DNA of 43,759 nucleotides from Actinomycetes bacterium. GTDB lineage: Bacteria; Actinomycetota; Thermoleophilia; Gaiellales; Gaiellaceae. This document shows positions 1-7,810 of the stretch, one piece after another (position 1 is the first letter of the stretch; each line of letters opens with the position of its first letter). The stretch lies in contig JAHEXT010000001.1 of the NCBI GenBank assembly GCA_023251945.1, forward strand, positions 1 to 43,759, in the 5' to 3' direction. A program made the position numbers and the translations under genes. The notes under the pieces are model-generated. The model was given only the letters and a program-made list of their open reading frames with translations. It made no database searches and was not told where the DNA came from.

Positions 1-1446
1 GTGCCACCCCTCGGCGCGCAGCTCAAGCGGCTCGGCAAGCACTCGGTGATCTACGGGCTCGGTGGACTCGTCCAGCGGATCCTCGCCGTCCTCCTGCTCC
101 CGGTCTATACGCGCTTCCTCTCGCCGTCCGACTACGGAATGGTCGAGACGCTCATCGCGTTGACGACCGTGCTCGTGATCGTTCTGCGGCTGGGGATCGC
201 GAACGCCTTCATCCGCTTCTACTTCGACTCGCCGGGGGACACGGCCCGCCGCCTACTCGTCCTGCGTACGTCGTTCTGGTTCACGATGGGAATGGCGACG
301 GTCGGTCTGGTCTGCGGGCTCGCACTCTCGGGCGAGATCTCGACGGCGCTCTTCGGCTCGTCGAGCGACGCCGAGCTCGTCGCTGCGGCGATGGTCTCGC
401 TGTGGGCCCAGATGAACTACGAGCAAGTTACCTCGCTCTTCCGGGTCGAGGAGCGGTCCGTGGCGTACGTGACGGCGAGCCTGGCGAACATCTTCCTGAC
501 GATCGGCGCCACGCTCCTGCTCGTCGTCCACTTCGAGGCCGGTCCACTCGGCGTGATCGTGGGTAACTTCACGGGCACGCTCGTCGTCTACGCGGCCCTC
601 ATCGGCTACCGGCGGGAGCAGCTCGGGCTGCAGTTCGACCGCAGCCTCCTGCGTCAGATGAACAGGTTCGGACTTCCGCTCGTCCCGAGTGCGCTCTTCC
701 TCTGGGTGACGGCCTTCAGCGACCGCTTCTTCCTCGTCAAGCTCGCGGACACCGAGGAGGTGGGGTTGTATTCGGTCGGCGTCCGGATCGCGTCGGCGCT
801 CGCGCTCCTCCTGACCGCGTTCCGAACCGCCTGGCCGGCTTTCGGCTACTCGATCGAGGACGACCGCGAGGCTCGGAGAACGTACGCGTTCGTGCTGACG
901 TACCTCGTGCTGATCATGAGCTGGGCGGCGACCGGCCTCGCCCTCCTGTCGCCCTGGCTCGTAGATTGGATCGCCGCGCCCTCGTTCTCGAGCGCCTCGA
1001 CCGTCGTCGGCCCGCTCGCGTTCGCGGTCGTGCCCTTCGCCGGGTTCGTCGTCATGTTCATCGGCATCGGTCGCGCACGGCGCACGCAGTTCAACTGGGT
1101 CATCACCGGAGCCGCGGCGGCCGTCAACGTCGGGCTGAACCTCACGCTCATTCCGAGGTACGGCATGATGGGGGCGGCGGTCGCCACCGTGGCCGCGTAC
1201 TCGACGATGTTCGCCGGAATGATCTGGTGGGCACAGCACGTCTTCCCCGTGCCGTACCAGTGGCGTCGCGTCGCCACCGCCGCGCTGACGGGTGTCGTGC
1301 TCGCCGTCGCGGGCAAGCTCGTCGGCGGCGGACTGCCGGTCGCCATCGTCCTCTCGCTCGTCTACCCGCTCGCACTTGCCCCGCTCGGCTTCTACCTTCC
1401 CGCCGAGCGGAAGGCGATCGGCACCCGACTTCGCCTCGCGCGCTAG
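1..1446 (+). CDS. Wzx/MOP-superfamily polysaccharide flippase (multi-pass membrane protein); begins at the window edge, so the 5' end may be incomplete
   Basis: 481-aa ORF with about 12-14 hydrophobic segments. The N-terminus LKRLGKHSVIYGLGGLVQRILAVLLLPVYTRFLSPSDYG is a typical Polysacc_synt/Wzx opening. The antisense and out-of-frame ORFs over it are Arg/Pro-rich shadows. Confidence 0.75.
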   Translation: MPPLGAQLKRLGKHSVIYGLGGLVQRILAVLLLPVYTRFLSPSDYGMVETLIALTTVLVIVLRLGIANAFIRFYFDSPGDTARRLLVLRTSFWFTMGMATVGLVCGLALSGEISTALFGSSSDAELVAAAMVSLWAQMNYEQVTSLFRVEERSVAYVTASLANIFLTIGATLLLVVHFEAGPLGVIVGNFTGTLVVYAALIGYRREQLGLQFDRSLLRQMNRFGLPLVPSALFLWVTAFSDRFFLVKLADTEEVGLYSVGVRIASALALLLTAFRTAWPAFGYSIEDDREARRTYAFVLTYLVLIMSWAATGLALLSPWLVDWIAAPSFSSASTVVGPLAFAVVPFAGFVVMFIGIGRARRTQFNWVITGAAAAVNVGLNLTLIPRYGMMGAAVATVAAYSTMFAGMIWWAQHVFPVPYQWRRVATAALTGVVLAVAGKLVGGGLPVAIVLSLVYPLALAPLGFYLPAERKAIGTRLRLAR

Positions 1447-1453
1447 TCGTCGC

Positions 1454-1921
1454 TCAGTCGGCGCAGACGTCCGCTACGCGGGCTCCCGTCAGGGACACGA
1501 GGTCGCCGACCGCCATCCGTACGGAGCGATCGTGGCTGCCTGCCTCGAACACGACCTGGTCGAGATCGGCGACTCTCCGGTCGACGACGACGACGTCCTC
1601 ACGGCCTCCAACCGGCGGAACCGCGCCGAGCTCGAACTCCGGGTACTCGCTCCCGAGCGCCTTCTCGGTCAGCAGGTGGAGCTCCTTGCCGGCGCCGAGG
1701 AGCTCTCGCAGCTTGTGCATGTCGATCCGCTCCGACGAGGGTAGGACGACGCGCAGATTCCCCTCTTGTGCCGTGACGACGACCGTCTTCGCCACCTCGT
1801 TCGGGCGGAGTCCGAGTGCAGTCGCTTCGTCTGCGGCGGAGTCGGTGGGCTTGTGCTCGAGAAGCTCGTACGCGACGCCTGCCCGATCGAGCGTCTCGGT
1901 CAGCGGGCTCGAGTACGCCAT
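1454..1921 (-). CDS. YbaK/EbsC-type aminoacyl-tRNA trans-editing deacylase-like protein
   Basis: 155 aa with family-like segments (YELLEHKPTDSAADEA, KTVVV, VPPVGG). An AAGGAGG Shine-Dalgarno lies just upstream of the ATG. Confidence 0.75.
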   Translation of the reverse strand: MAYSSPLTETLDRAGVAYELLEHKPTDSAADEATALGLRPNEVAKTVVVTAQEGNLRVVLPSSERIDMHKLRELLGAGKELHLLTEKALGSEYPEFELGAVPPVGGREDVVVVDRRVADLDQVVFEAGSHDRSVRMAVGDLVSLTGARVADVCAD

Positions 1922-2005
1922 CTCGTCCTCCTTTCGAGTTGCCCCGAGTATGCGCCACGAGAGCGCACGGCGCTAGCTCGCCCTGACGCGCCCGACGCTC
2001 GTGGG

Positions 2006-3172
2006 CTACGAGAGCCAGCTCTCGGTCTCTGTAGCGAGCTCGCCCGCCGACATGCAGACGCCGCCACGCTCGCTCACGGCCTCGAGCAGCCGGAAGTAAA
2101 GCTTGTCCCAGCCCTGCGAGGTGCCCGGATCGAACCGGTCCGTGTGCCAGAGGAGGGAGAACCCACCACCGTGCTCCGCCGCCCAGTCGAGCAGCCGGAT
2201 GAGCCGCGCCTCGGCAGCGCGCGCGGAGAGACCGAGGTAGCGCTCCTCGGCGAGCGTGACGTCCATCACCGCAAGGGGGATCTCGACCAGGTCGAGCGGC
2301 CGGTCGACCTCGACGTCCCAGGGACGAAACGGATGCGCGATCCCCGCGCGGAAACCGCATGCGTCCGGAAACCCGAGCGTCGCGTCGTACCGAAAGCCCA
2401 GCGCTGGAAGCTGTGCGAGATTCGCGTGCGGATCGACCCGGAGATAGTGGTAGCGCTGGCCCCGCACGCGTGCTCCGAGCTCGTCGAGCACGCTCGCCTC
2501 GTGCGCCAGCAGCTCCGGATCTCGGGCCGCGAGGTAGCTCCCGTGAAGCCCGATCTCACCGCCGAGCGCCGTGATCGTCTCGACGAGGCGCGGGCGCAGA
2601 CGGTCGTACGTCTCGGGCGTCGGACCGTCGTGCCGATCGTTGTGCCCGGCGAGAAGGAAGAACGTCGACGAGGCCGAGTGCGACCGCTCACCCTCGAGCA
2701 CGGCCTCGAAGCGCCAGTTCGGATCGGTTCGGCGAAGCTTGTGCACGGGCATCTCGATGAGTCCACGCGCCTCGCGGAGTGCCGCCTGCCCTCGGCCCGA
2801 GAGCACGCCCGACTTCAGGCGCGCAGCCGAGCCGCGGACACCGGTCCGCGTCCACCGCCAGGGGATGTCCACGTCGTGGGTCAGCGCGACGGCGAAACGC
2901 GCTCCGCGCCAGCGCGGCGGGTCGAGCCCCAGCCGCCCGCGAAGCTTCTCGAGTGGCGGGTCGAGAGGATCGAGAGAGGACGACACGGCAGCGAAGCGGC
3001 CGTGTACGTCATGCGGCCCGGCGAGCTCCTCGATCCGGGCGAGATGGAAGAAGGCATCCGCCAGGTCGTCGCCGCTCGGCCTCTCCCCCCGGTCCACTTG
3101 CGCCCAGGCCTCGGGGCGATAGGGCAGGTCGTCGCCGAAGCCGATTGCCCGGCCTCCGATCGCGTCCAGCAC
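2006..3172 (-). CDS. Polysaccharide deacetylase-family protein (NodB/CE4-like fold) with an extra N-terminal domain
   Basis: 388 aa. Segments ALTHDVDIPW, FFLLAGHND, IGLHGSY and RYHYLR resemble the metal/catalytic motifs of CE4-like deacetylases. Confidence 0.65.
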   Translation of the reverse strand: MLDAIGGRAIGFGDDLPYRPEAWAQVDRGERPSGDDLADAFFHLARIEELAGPHDVHGRFAAVSSSLDPLDPPLEKLRGRLGLDPPRWRGARFAVALTHDVDIPWRWTRTGVRGSAARLKSGVLSGRGQAALREARGLIEMPVHKLRRTDPNWRFEAVLEGERSHSASSTFFLLAGHNDRHDGPTPETYDRLRPRLVETITALGGEIGLHGSYLAARDPELLAHEASVLDELGARVRGQRYHYLRVDPHANLAQLPALGFRYDATLGFPDACGFRAGIAHPFRPWDVEVDRPLDLVEIPLAVMDVTLAEERYLGLSARAAEARLIRLLDWAAEHGGGFSLLWHTDRFDPGTSQGWDKLYFRLLEAVSERGGVCMSAGELATETESWLS

Positions 3173-3204
3173 CCAGCGGGCGCGACGCTCGACGCTCGCC
3201 GGGA

Positions 3205-4410
3205 TCAGCGGACGGAGCTCCGGACGACGCGGGCAGCGTATGCGAACGCAGGCCGCAGGTCGTCGTGTGCGAACACCGCATCGACGTACGGCAGGCGCTG
3301 AATCGCGGGCCCCTCACCGGCGAGAAAGGTGATGGCCCAGCGCTTGCCCATACCGTTCATCGACGCGCGCGGGAGCGGGAGGCCGAGGAGGTCGCAGTAC
3401 GCCAGGTAGGGCAGATCGACGCCACACGCGCCGGCGAGCCCGTGCCACTGCCAGAGTCTCGGGTTGATCTCCATCAGCTTGTAGCGTCCGTCGCGCGGAT
3501 CGCGCTTGAACTCCACCTGCGAGAGGCCGTTGTACCGGAACGCCGCCAGGAGACGGAGGGCGGAATCCACGACCTCCTGGACCCATACGGCCTCGCCGAC
3601 CCGGCACGTGCCGACGACCGGAGGCGTCTGCCTGAGCTTGCGCCCGCAAAAGACGCCCAGCGGCCTCCCCCTCGCATCGAGGTAGCTCCCGACGCTGTAG
3701 AGGGTGTCGTCACCGCCCGGGATCAGCTCCTGCACCATCGGCTCGAACGGCTCGGCGCGCGCGTAGGCGTCCTCCAACTCGTCCGGGGTCGCGCAGCGGA
3801 AGCCCTGGCGGCGGTGCCGGCGCTTGAAACCGCTCGAATCGGCGGGCTTGACCAGCACGGGGTATCCGAGCGCGTCCGCGATGGCCCGGGCTTCGGCGGC
3901 GGAGCCGGGATGGCCGGTGCCGGGGACGTGAACCCCTGTGGCCTGTGCGCTCTCGATCTGGAGGCGCTTGTTCTGGATCCCGGCGAGCCCTTCCCAGGGC
4001 GGAAACGGGTAGCGGAACCGGTCGCCCAGGTGCGCTCGGTGGCGGGCGACGGCGTTCAGAGCCTCGTCATGGGTCGGGAAGAGCGCCGCGGGTCGTCCGA
4101 GCGCGTCGCCGAGCGACGTCAGGAGCTCGACGAAGCCGTCCTCGTCTGCTCCCGGATCGGGAGACACGACTGCACGCGCGTAGCGGGACCGGAATCCGAG
4201 CGCCCAGGGTCGGTGGTCGACCGCGAGTACGGGCGCCTTCCTCCGCCCCAGCGAGCGTATCGCCGCCAGCCCGTTCACCCACCGTACGCCGATCACCACA
4301 GCCGGCGGCCGCGCACTCTGCCGCACATCCGCGACGGCTTCGGTCGGCGTGAGGAGGCCCTTCACAGGCCCGATTCTAGAATCGGCCCCGTGGACGCCCG
4401 AATCCTCCAC
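3205..4410 (-). CDS. ATP-grasp superfamily carboxylate-amine ligase; exact start uncertain
   Basis: GYPVLVKPADSSG, MVQELIPGGDD and SQVEFKRDPRDGRYKLMEINPRLW match ATP-grasp nucleotide and Mg-binding segments. Confidence 0.75.
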   Translation of the reverse strand: MEDSGVHGADSRIGPVKGLLTPTEAVADVRQSARPPAVVIGVRWVNGLAAIRSLGRRKAPVLAVDHRPWALGFRSRYARAVVSPDPGADEDGFVELLTSLGDALGRPAALFPTHDEALNAVARHRAHLGDRFRYPFPPWEGLAGIQNKRLQIESAQATGVHVPGTGHPGSAAEARAIADALGYPVLVKPADSSGFKRRHRRQGFRCATPDELEDAYARAEPFEPMVQELIPGGDDTLYSVGSYLDARGRPLGVFCGRKLRQTPPVVGTCRVGEAVWVQEVVDSALRLLAAFRYNGLSQVEFKRDPRDGRYKLMEINPRLWQWHGLAGACGVDLPYLAYCDLLGLPLPRASMNGMGKRWAITFLAGEGPAIQRLPYVDAVFAHDDLRPAFAYAARVVRSSVR

Positions 4411-4475
4411 TTGCTCACGGTGCGATGGACTGGAAGCAGTTGTCCCACGGATCCGTACCGAGGATCGCGCGAAGG

Positions 4476-5300
4476 TCAGCCTGGACGGACGAGCAGCACA
4501 CGGCTGATGCCGTCGCTCCAGCCCTCGCTGCCCCGAACGACAACCCGGACATGCTCTTGCGCTTCCGGTGTGTACGCGATCGTCGTGCGAGACGAGACGT
4601 CGAGGCGACCACGGGCGACGGTGACGAAGGTGAAGTGCTCACGATCGTACGCCTGGAGCGCGACCCGGCTTCCCGGCCTCGCGGGCACCGCGGCCACCAC
4701 GATCCCGGACGCACGCGACTCGATCCGGACGCGCGGGGCGACGTCGACACGCACGCGTGGGCTCGACGCGGAACCCGCCCGGACCCGATAGCCCCGGGGC
4801 TCGGGCGCACGGAGGCGGAACACGAATGTCCCGTCGGGGCCCGGAGTTGCACGGCCGACGGTCTCAGCAGGACCGGGTAGCACGCGTACGAGCTCGACCT
4901 CCGTGACACCGACGGGTGCGACACCGTCGAGCCGGGCCCTCCGCCCGGCACGGAGCGGCTCGGACGACCCGCGCAGGACGACGTCGAAGACGTGGACGGC
5001 GCCTCGCATGAACTTGTGGATCGTGCAGTAGTACGCGAACGCCCCACTCTTCCCGAATGTCATCGAGAACGTTGCCCCCGGGGGAATGGGGCCCGAGTCG
5101 AACGCGTCCTCGACCTCCGTGACAGTGTGGGTCGATCGATCGCTGTTACGCCACGTCACTGTGGTGCCCGTGATGACGACGAGATCGTGCGGGAGGAACA
5201 GCTTCGCCGGCATCGTCACCTCGGCTACCGGAGCCGCAGACCCGGCGGTTGCCGCGATCCCGGCGGCGACGAGCACCGCGATCGCGAGTCGCAGCTTCAT
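4476..5300 (-). CDS. Secreted type-1 copper cupredoxin (amicyanin/pseudoazurin-like) with a C-terminal beta-rich (Ig-like) extension
   Basis: Start refined to MKLRLAIAVLVAAGIAATAGSAA (signal peptide). It forms an ATGA overlap with the stop of the upstream oxidase gene. T1-Cu ligand pattern: STHTV ... YYCTIHKFM (His, Cys, His, Met). Confidence 0.75.
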   Translation of the reverse strand: MKLRLAIAVLVAAGIAATAGSAAPVAEVTMPAKLFLPHDLVVITGTTVTWRNSDRSTHTVTEVEDAFDSGPIPPGATFSMTFGKSGAFAYYCTIHKFMRGAVHVFDVVLRGSSEPLRAGRRARLDGVAPVGVTEVELVRVLPGPAETVGRATPGPDGTFVFRLRAPEPRGYRVRAGSASSPRVRVDVAPRVRIESRASGIVVAAVPARPGSRVALQAYDREHFTFVTVARGRLDVSSRTTIAYTPEAQEHVRVVVRGSEGWSDGISRVLLVRPG

Positions 5301-6253
5301 CGGGTCACGCGGTAGATCCCGATCATCCCGTTCATCATGTGCTCCTCGACGTGGCAGTGGTAGAGCCACGTCCCGCGCACGTCCTCACGCCAGCGGACGG
5401 TGAAGCTCTCCGCCGGTCCGATCGTCCGCGTGTCCTCGAAGCCGCCGGGAATGCGCCACCGATGCCCGTGCACATGAAACGTGTGGTGGTCGTTGCCGAT
5501 CGCGAGCACGTCCCACTGCACGACCTCGCCCACCTTCGCTCGGAGCACGGGTGTGTTGCCGACGAACGCTCGCCCGTTGATCGTCATGAAGTCGAGTGTC
5601 TGCGCGAAGAAGACGACAAACTCCCTATCCGGTGGCTCCTCGTTCCGGCCCAGGATCGAGATCGCGCCGTAGAGACCGCCGGCGATCGAGTCGGACATCG
5701 ACCTCGAGTGGTCGTGGTAGGGCCAGACCCCCGCCGAATCGGGACCCGCCTCCAGCCGGTACGTGTACTCGTCACCCGGCTTCACGTTTCCGCCTCTCGT
5801 CGAGAAGCCGGGGATGTACGCCCCGTCGGAGCCGAAGGGGCAATGCACGCCATGGAAGTGCATCGAGTGCGGGCGCTCGAACTCGTTGTCCAGGTTCTTG
5901 AAGTGGACGAGGATCGTGTCGCCGACGTTCGCCTTGATCAGCGGGCCGGGGATGCCGTCGTTGTCGGCGCTCGGCCCGGGCCGGTTCGGGATCGGCTTCT
6001 CCCAGTTCGGTGTATAGCGGCGGTAGACGATCGTCGTGAACGTCGTCTCGCTCTTGTCGAACGTCTCGTGCTCGATGGCGTTCCGCTCGTTGGGGACGAC
6101 ATTCCAACGCATCGGGACGGCCGCGATCCAGTACTCCTGGACGACACCATCGGGGGGACCGCCGCCTCCAGCCGACGGTACCCAGGAGGCGATGCCCGCG
6201 AGGGCCAGGAGCGCGACCAGCGCTCCCGACCCCCGACGGATGACGTTCCTCAC
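5297..6253 (-). CDS. Two-domain multicopper oxidase (small laccase/SLAC-like)
   Basis: All four MCO copper motifs are present in order: HFHGVH, WPYHDHS, HTFHVHGH, HCHVEEHMMNGM. 318 aa is two-domain size. N-terminal RRGSGALVALLALAG is a signal-like segment. GTG start in a GTGA overlap with the upstream gene. Confidence 0.9.
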   Translation of the reverse strand: MRNVIRRGSGALVALLALAGIASWVPSAGGGGPPDGVVQEYWIAAVPMRWNVVPNERNAIEHETFDKSETTFTTIVYRRYTPNWEKPIPNRPGPSADNDGIPGPLIKANVGDTILVHFKNLDNEFERPHSMHFHGVHCPFGSDGAYIPGFSTRGGNVKPGDEYTYRLEAGPDSAGVWPYHDHSRSMSDSIAGGLYGAISILGRNEEPPDREFVVFFAQTLDFMTINGRAFVGNTPVLRAKVGEVVQWDVLAIGNDHHTFHVHGHRWRIPGGFEDTRTIGPAESFTVRWREDVRGTWLYHCHVEEHMMNGMIGIYRVTR

Positions 6254-6660
6254 TTCGTGACGATGACGTTCGCGGCCATGTCGGGGCCGTGGATGAAGCA
6301 GATGAAGTGGTACTTCCCGGGCGACATGAACGTGATACGCGTCGTGTTGGGCAGCCCGCCGGACATACCGTCCGTGAGAGGCCCGGCGAAGAAGCCGTTA
6401 CCGTGGATTCCGGCCTCGTACGTGAGCGGCTTCGGGTCGCTGGCGTACACCAGGATCGGCGTCGTCTGGTTCTTCGAGTTCGGTCCCATCGGGAAGAGGT
6501 CCGTCTGCTTGCCGAACTTGTCGATGTACTTGAGCGGTCCGAAGGTGACGTTGTGCACCTCGCTCGACGAACGATTCACGAACGCAACGGTCGTGCCCGC
6601 CTTCACCCGTGTCACGGCGGGCAGGAAGTCGAGGATCGCGGTCTTGCCTCCGACCCCCAT
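6250..6660 (-). CDS. Cupredoxin (plastocyanin/azurin-like type-1 copper protein); no signal peptide in this frame
   Basis: C-terminal YHFICFIHGPDM plus EVHNV give a His/Cys/His/Met T1-Cu site. The only canonical in-frame start after the upstream small ORF is the ATG at 6660. The 230-aa track ORF is over-extended (Arg-rich shadow) upstream of that. Confidence 0.6.
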   Translation of the reverse strand: MGVGGKTAILDFLPAVTRVKAGTTVAFVNRSSSEVHNVTFGPLKYIDKFGKQTDLFPMGPNSKNQTTPILVYASDPKPLTYEAGIHGNGFFAGPLTDGMSGGLPNTTRITFMSPGKYHFICFIHGPDMAANVIVTK

Positions 6661-6715
6661 GAGGATCGAGTTGGCGGGAACCTTGCTCGCCGCGAGCGCA
6701 TCGAGATGAGGAACG

Positions 6716-6970
6716 CTATGTCCGGGCGAGCTTGGAGACGCACTTGCCGAACGCGTTCGCCTTGTTCTTGTTCGTCCCGTACTTGATCTTGAAGGCCACT
6801 GGATCCTTTGCCCGCTCGGCTTCACAAGCCTTGGCAGCGTTCTTCGTCGCGGCCTGGCTCGATTGAGGCTTGCCCTTGCCGACCGGTGGCGCCCCAAACC
6901 CCGTTGGAACCACGAGCGCGGCAAGAACAATAGCCGTGCCAACCGCGAGCTCAGCCCTTCGCTTCTTCAT
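6716..6970 (-). CDS. Small secreted Lys-rich protein with two Cys (hypothetical)
   Basis: 84 aa. N-terminal MKKRRAELAVGTAIVLAALVV signal/anchor. AAGGAG-type Shine-Dalgarno about 7 nt upstream of the ATG. Cys pair in KACEAERAKDP...AFGKCVSKLA. Confidence 0.6.
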   Translation of the reverse strand: MKKRRAELAVGTAIVLAALVVPTGFGAPPVGKGKPQSSQAATKNAAKACEAERAKDPVAFKIKYGTNKNKANAFGKCVSKLART

Positions 6971-7070
6971 CGTGTGCTCCTTTCAGTCCGTCGCTTCCTG
7001 TCACGCTAGGACGGGCAGGTGAGACAGCGATGAGAGTGCTCCCACTTCGTCTTGCGGCGGAGCGCAGGAA

Positions 7071-7718
7071 TCAGGCCACGATGCGGTAGACCTGGAAGCA
7101 CTCGGCGTACTCGCGGTTCACGTTCACGCCGTGGACGCGGGCGAGGTTCCAGACGTACTCGGGATCGGCGTAGCGACGATGCTGCTGCGATGCGTAGCGC
7201 GCGAGTGCCGCGACCTTGCGCTCGATGTGGCGCTTCTCGAGTGCAACGTACGCGCCGTAGGAGAAGTCAAAGTTGTTCCAGGGGATCTCGTAGCCGAGGA
7301 TCGTCGTCCGCTTGAAGGCGCGGAGACCCTCTTGGGCGATCGTCTGGTGATCCTGGTGGACGTCGTGGTGCGACGGCTGGAAGACGACATCGGGCTGCCA
7401 TTCCTCCCAGAGCGAGACGAGGAGCTCGAGGATGTCCTGGCGCCGCTCGGGGAAGGTGCGGACGTCGAAGTCATGTACCGTCAGGCAGTCCTCTGGGATG
7501 CCGAGCTCGGCGGTCGCCTCCCGGACCTCTCGGGCCAGCGTGTCCGGCTCGAAGCCGGAAGGGAGCGAGCGGGTCGCGATCGAGAAGGCGACGTATCGAA
7601 CCTCGCAGCCGCCCTCGACGAGGCGCGCCATCGCACCACCGCAGCCGAGCTCGCCGTCGTCCGTGTGCGGCGCCAAGACGAGCGCCTTTCTCCAGGCCTC
7701 GATCATCGCGCTATTCAA
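7071..7718 (-). CDS. PIG-L/LmbE-family N-acetylglucosaminyl deacetylase
   Basis: VLAPHTDDGELGCGGAM and HHDVHQDHQ are the PIG-L zinc-binding motifs. TTG start at 7718; an alternative ATG lies at 7706. Confidence 0.85.
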   Translation of the reverse strand: MNSAMIEAWRKALVLAPHTDDGELGCGGAMARLVEGGCEVRYVAFSIATRSLPSGFEPDTLAREVREATAELGIPEDCLTVHDFDVRTFPERRQDILELLVSLWEEWQPDVVFQPSHHDVHQDHQTIAQEGLRAFKRTTILGYEIPWNNFDFSYGAYVALEKRHIERKVAALARYASQQHRRYADPEYVWNLARVHGVNVNREYAECFQVYRIVA

Positions 7719-7721
7719 CCA

Positions 7722-7790
7722 TTAGAGCTCCCAACAGAATGGGCGACGATGCCGCGAGGCGACGGGCGGCCATCCTGTTGGAAGCTCTAA
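7722..7790. repeat. Long inverted repeat (about 21-nt arms, 19/21 complementary, about 27-nt spacer) in the divergent intergenic region
   Basis: TTAGAGCTCCCAACAGAATGG ... CCATCCTGTTGGAAGCTCTAA, read directly from the sequence. It lies between the PIG-L start (7718, minus) and the ligase-like gene start (7811, plus). Confidence 0.6.
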
Positions 7791-7810
7791 ACGCGTAACG
7801 TTCCGGCGCG

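Noticed and set aside
253-1976. ORFs antisense to or out of frame with the flippase gene (253-1239 minus, 846-1346 minus, 966-1976 plus)
   Set aside because: Arg/Pro/Gly/Asp-rich low-complexity translations with no family resemblance. These are typical shadow ORFs of a GC-rich coding region whose real frame encodes a convincing multi-TM protein.
1766-4791. Long plus-strand ORFs of 511 aa and 670 aa (1766-3301, 2779-4791)
   Set aside because: They lie antisense to the deacetylase and ATP-grasp genes. Their composition is dominated by R/A/P/G, no motifs were recognised, and they span several real genes.
5249-6709. 486-aa plus-strand ORF over the copper module
   Set aside because: It is antisense to the multicopper oxidase, whose four copper motifs identify the true frame. 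The translation is low complexity.
6661-6942. N-terminal 94 codons of the 230-aa track ORF for the cupredoxin
   Set aside because: This part is Arg-rich nonsense that overlaps the well-supported small secreted-protein ORF in another frame. Only the C-terminal 136 aa look like a cupredoxin.
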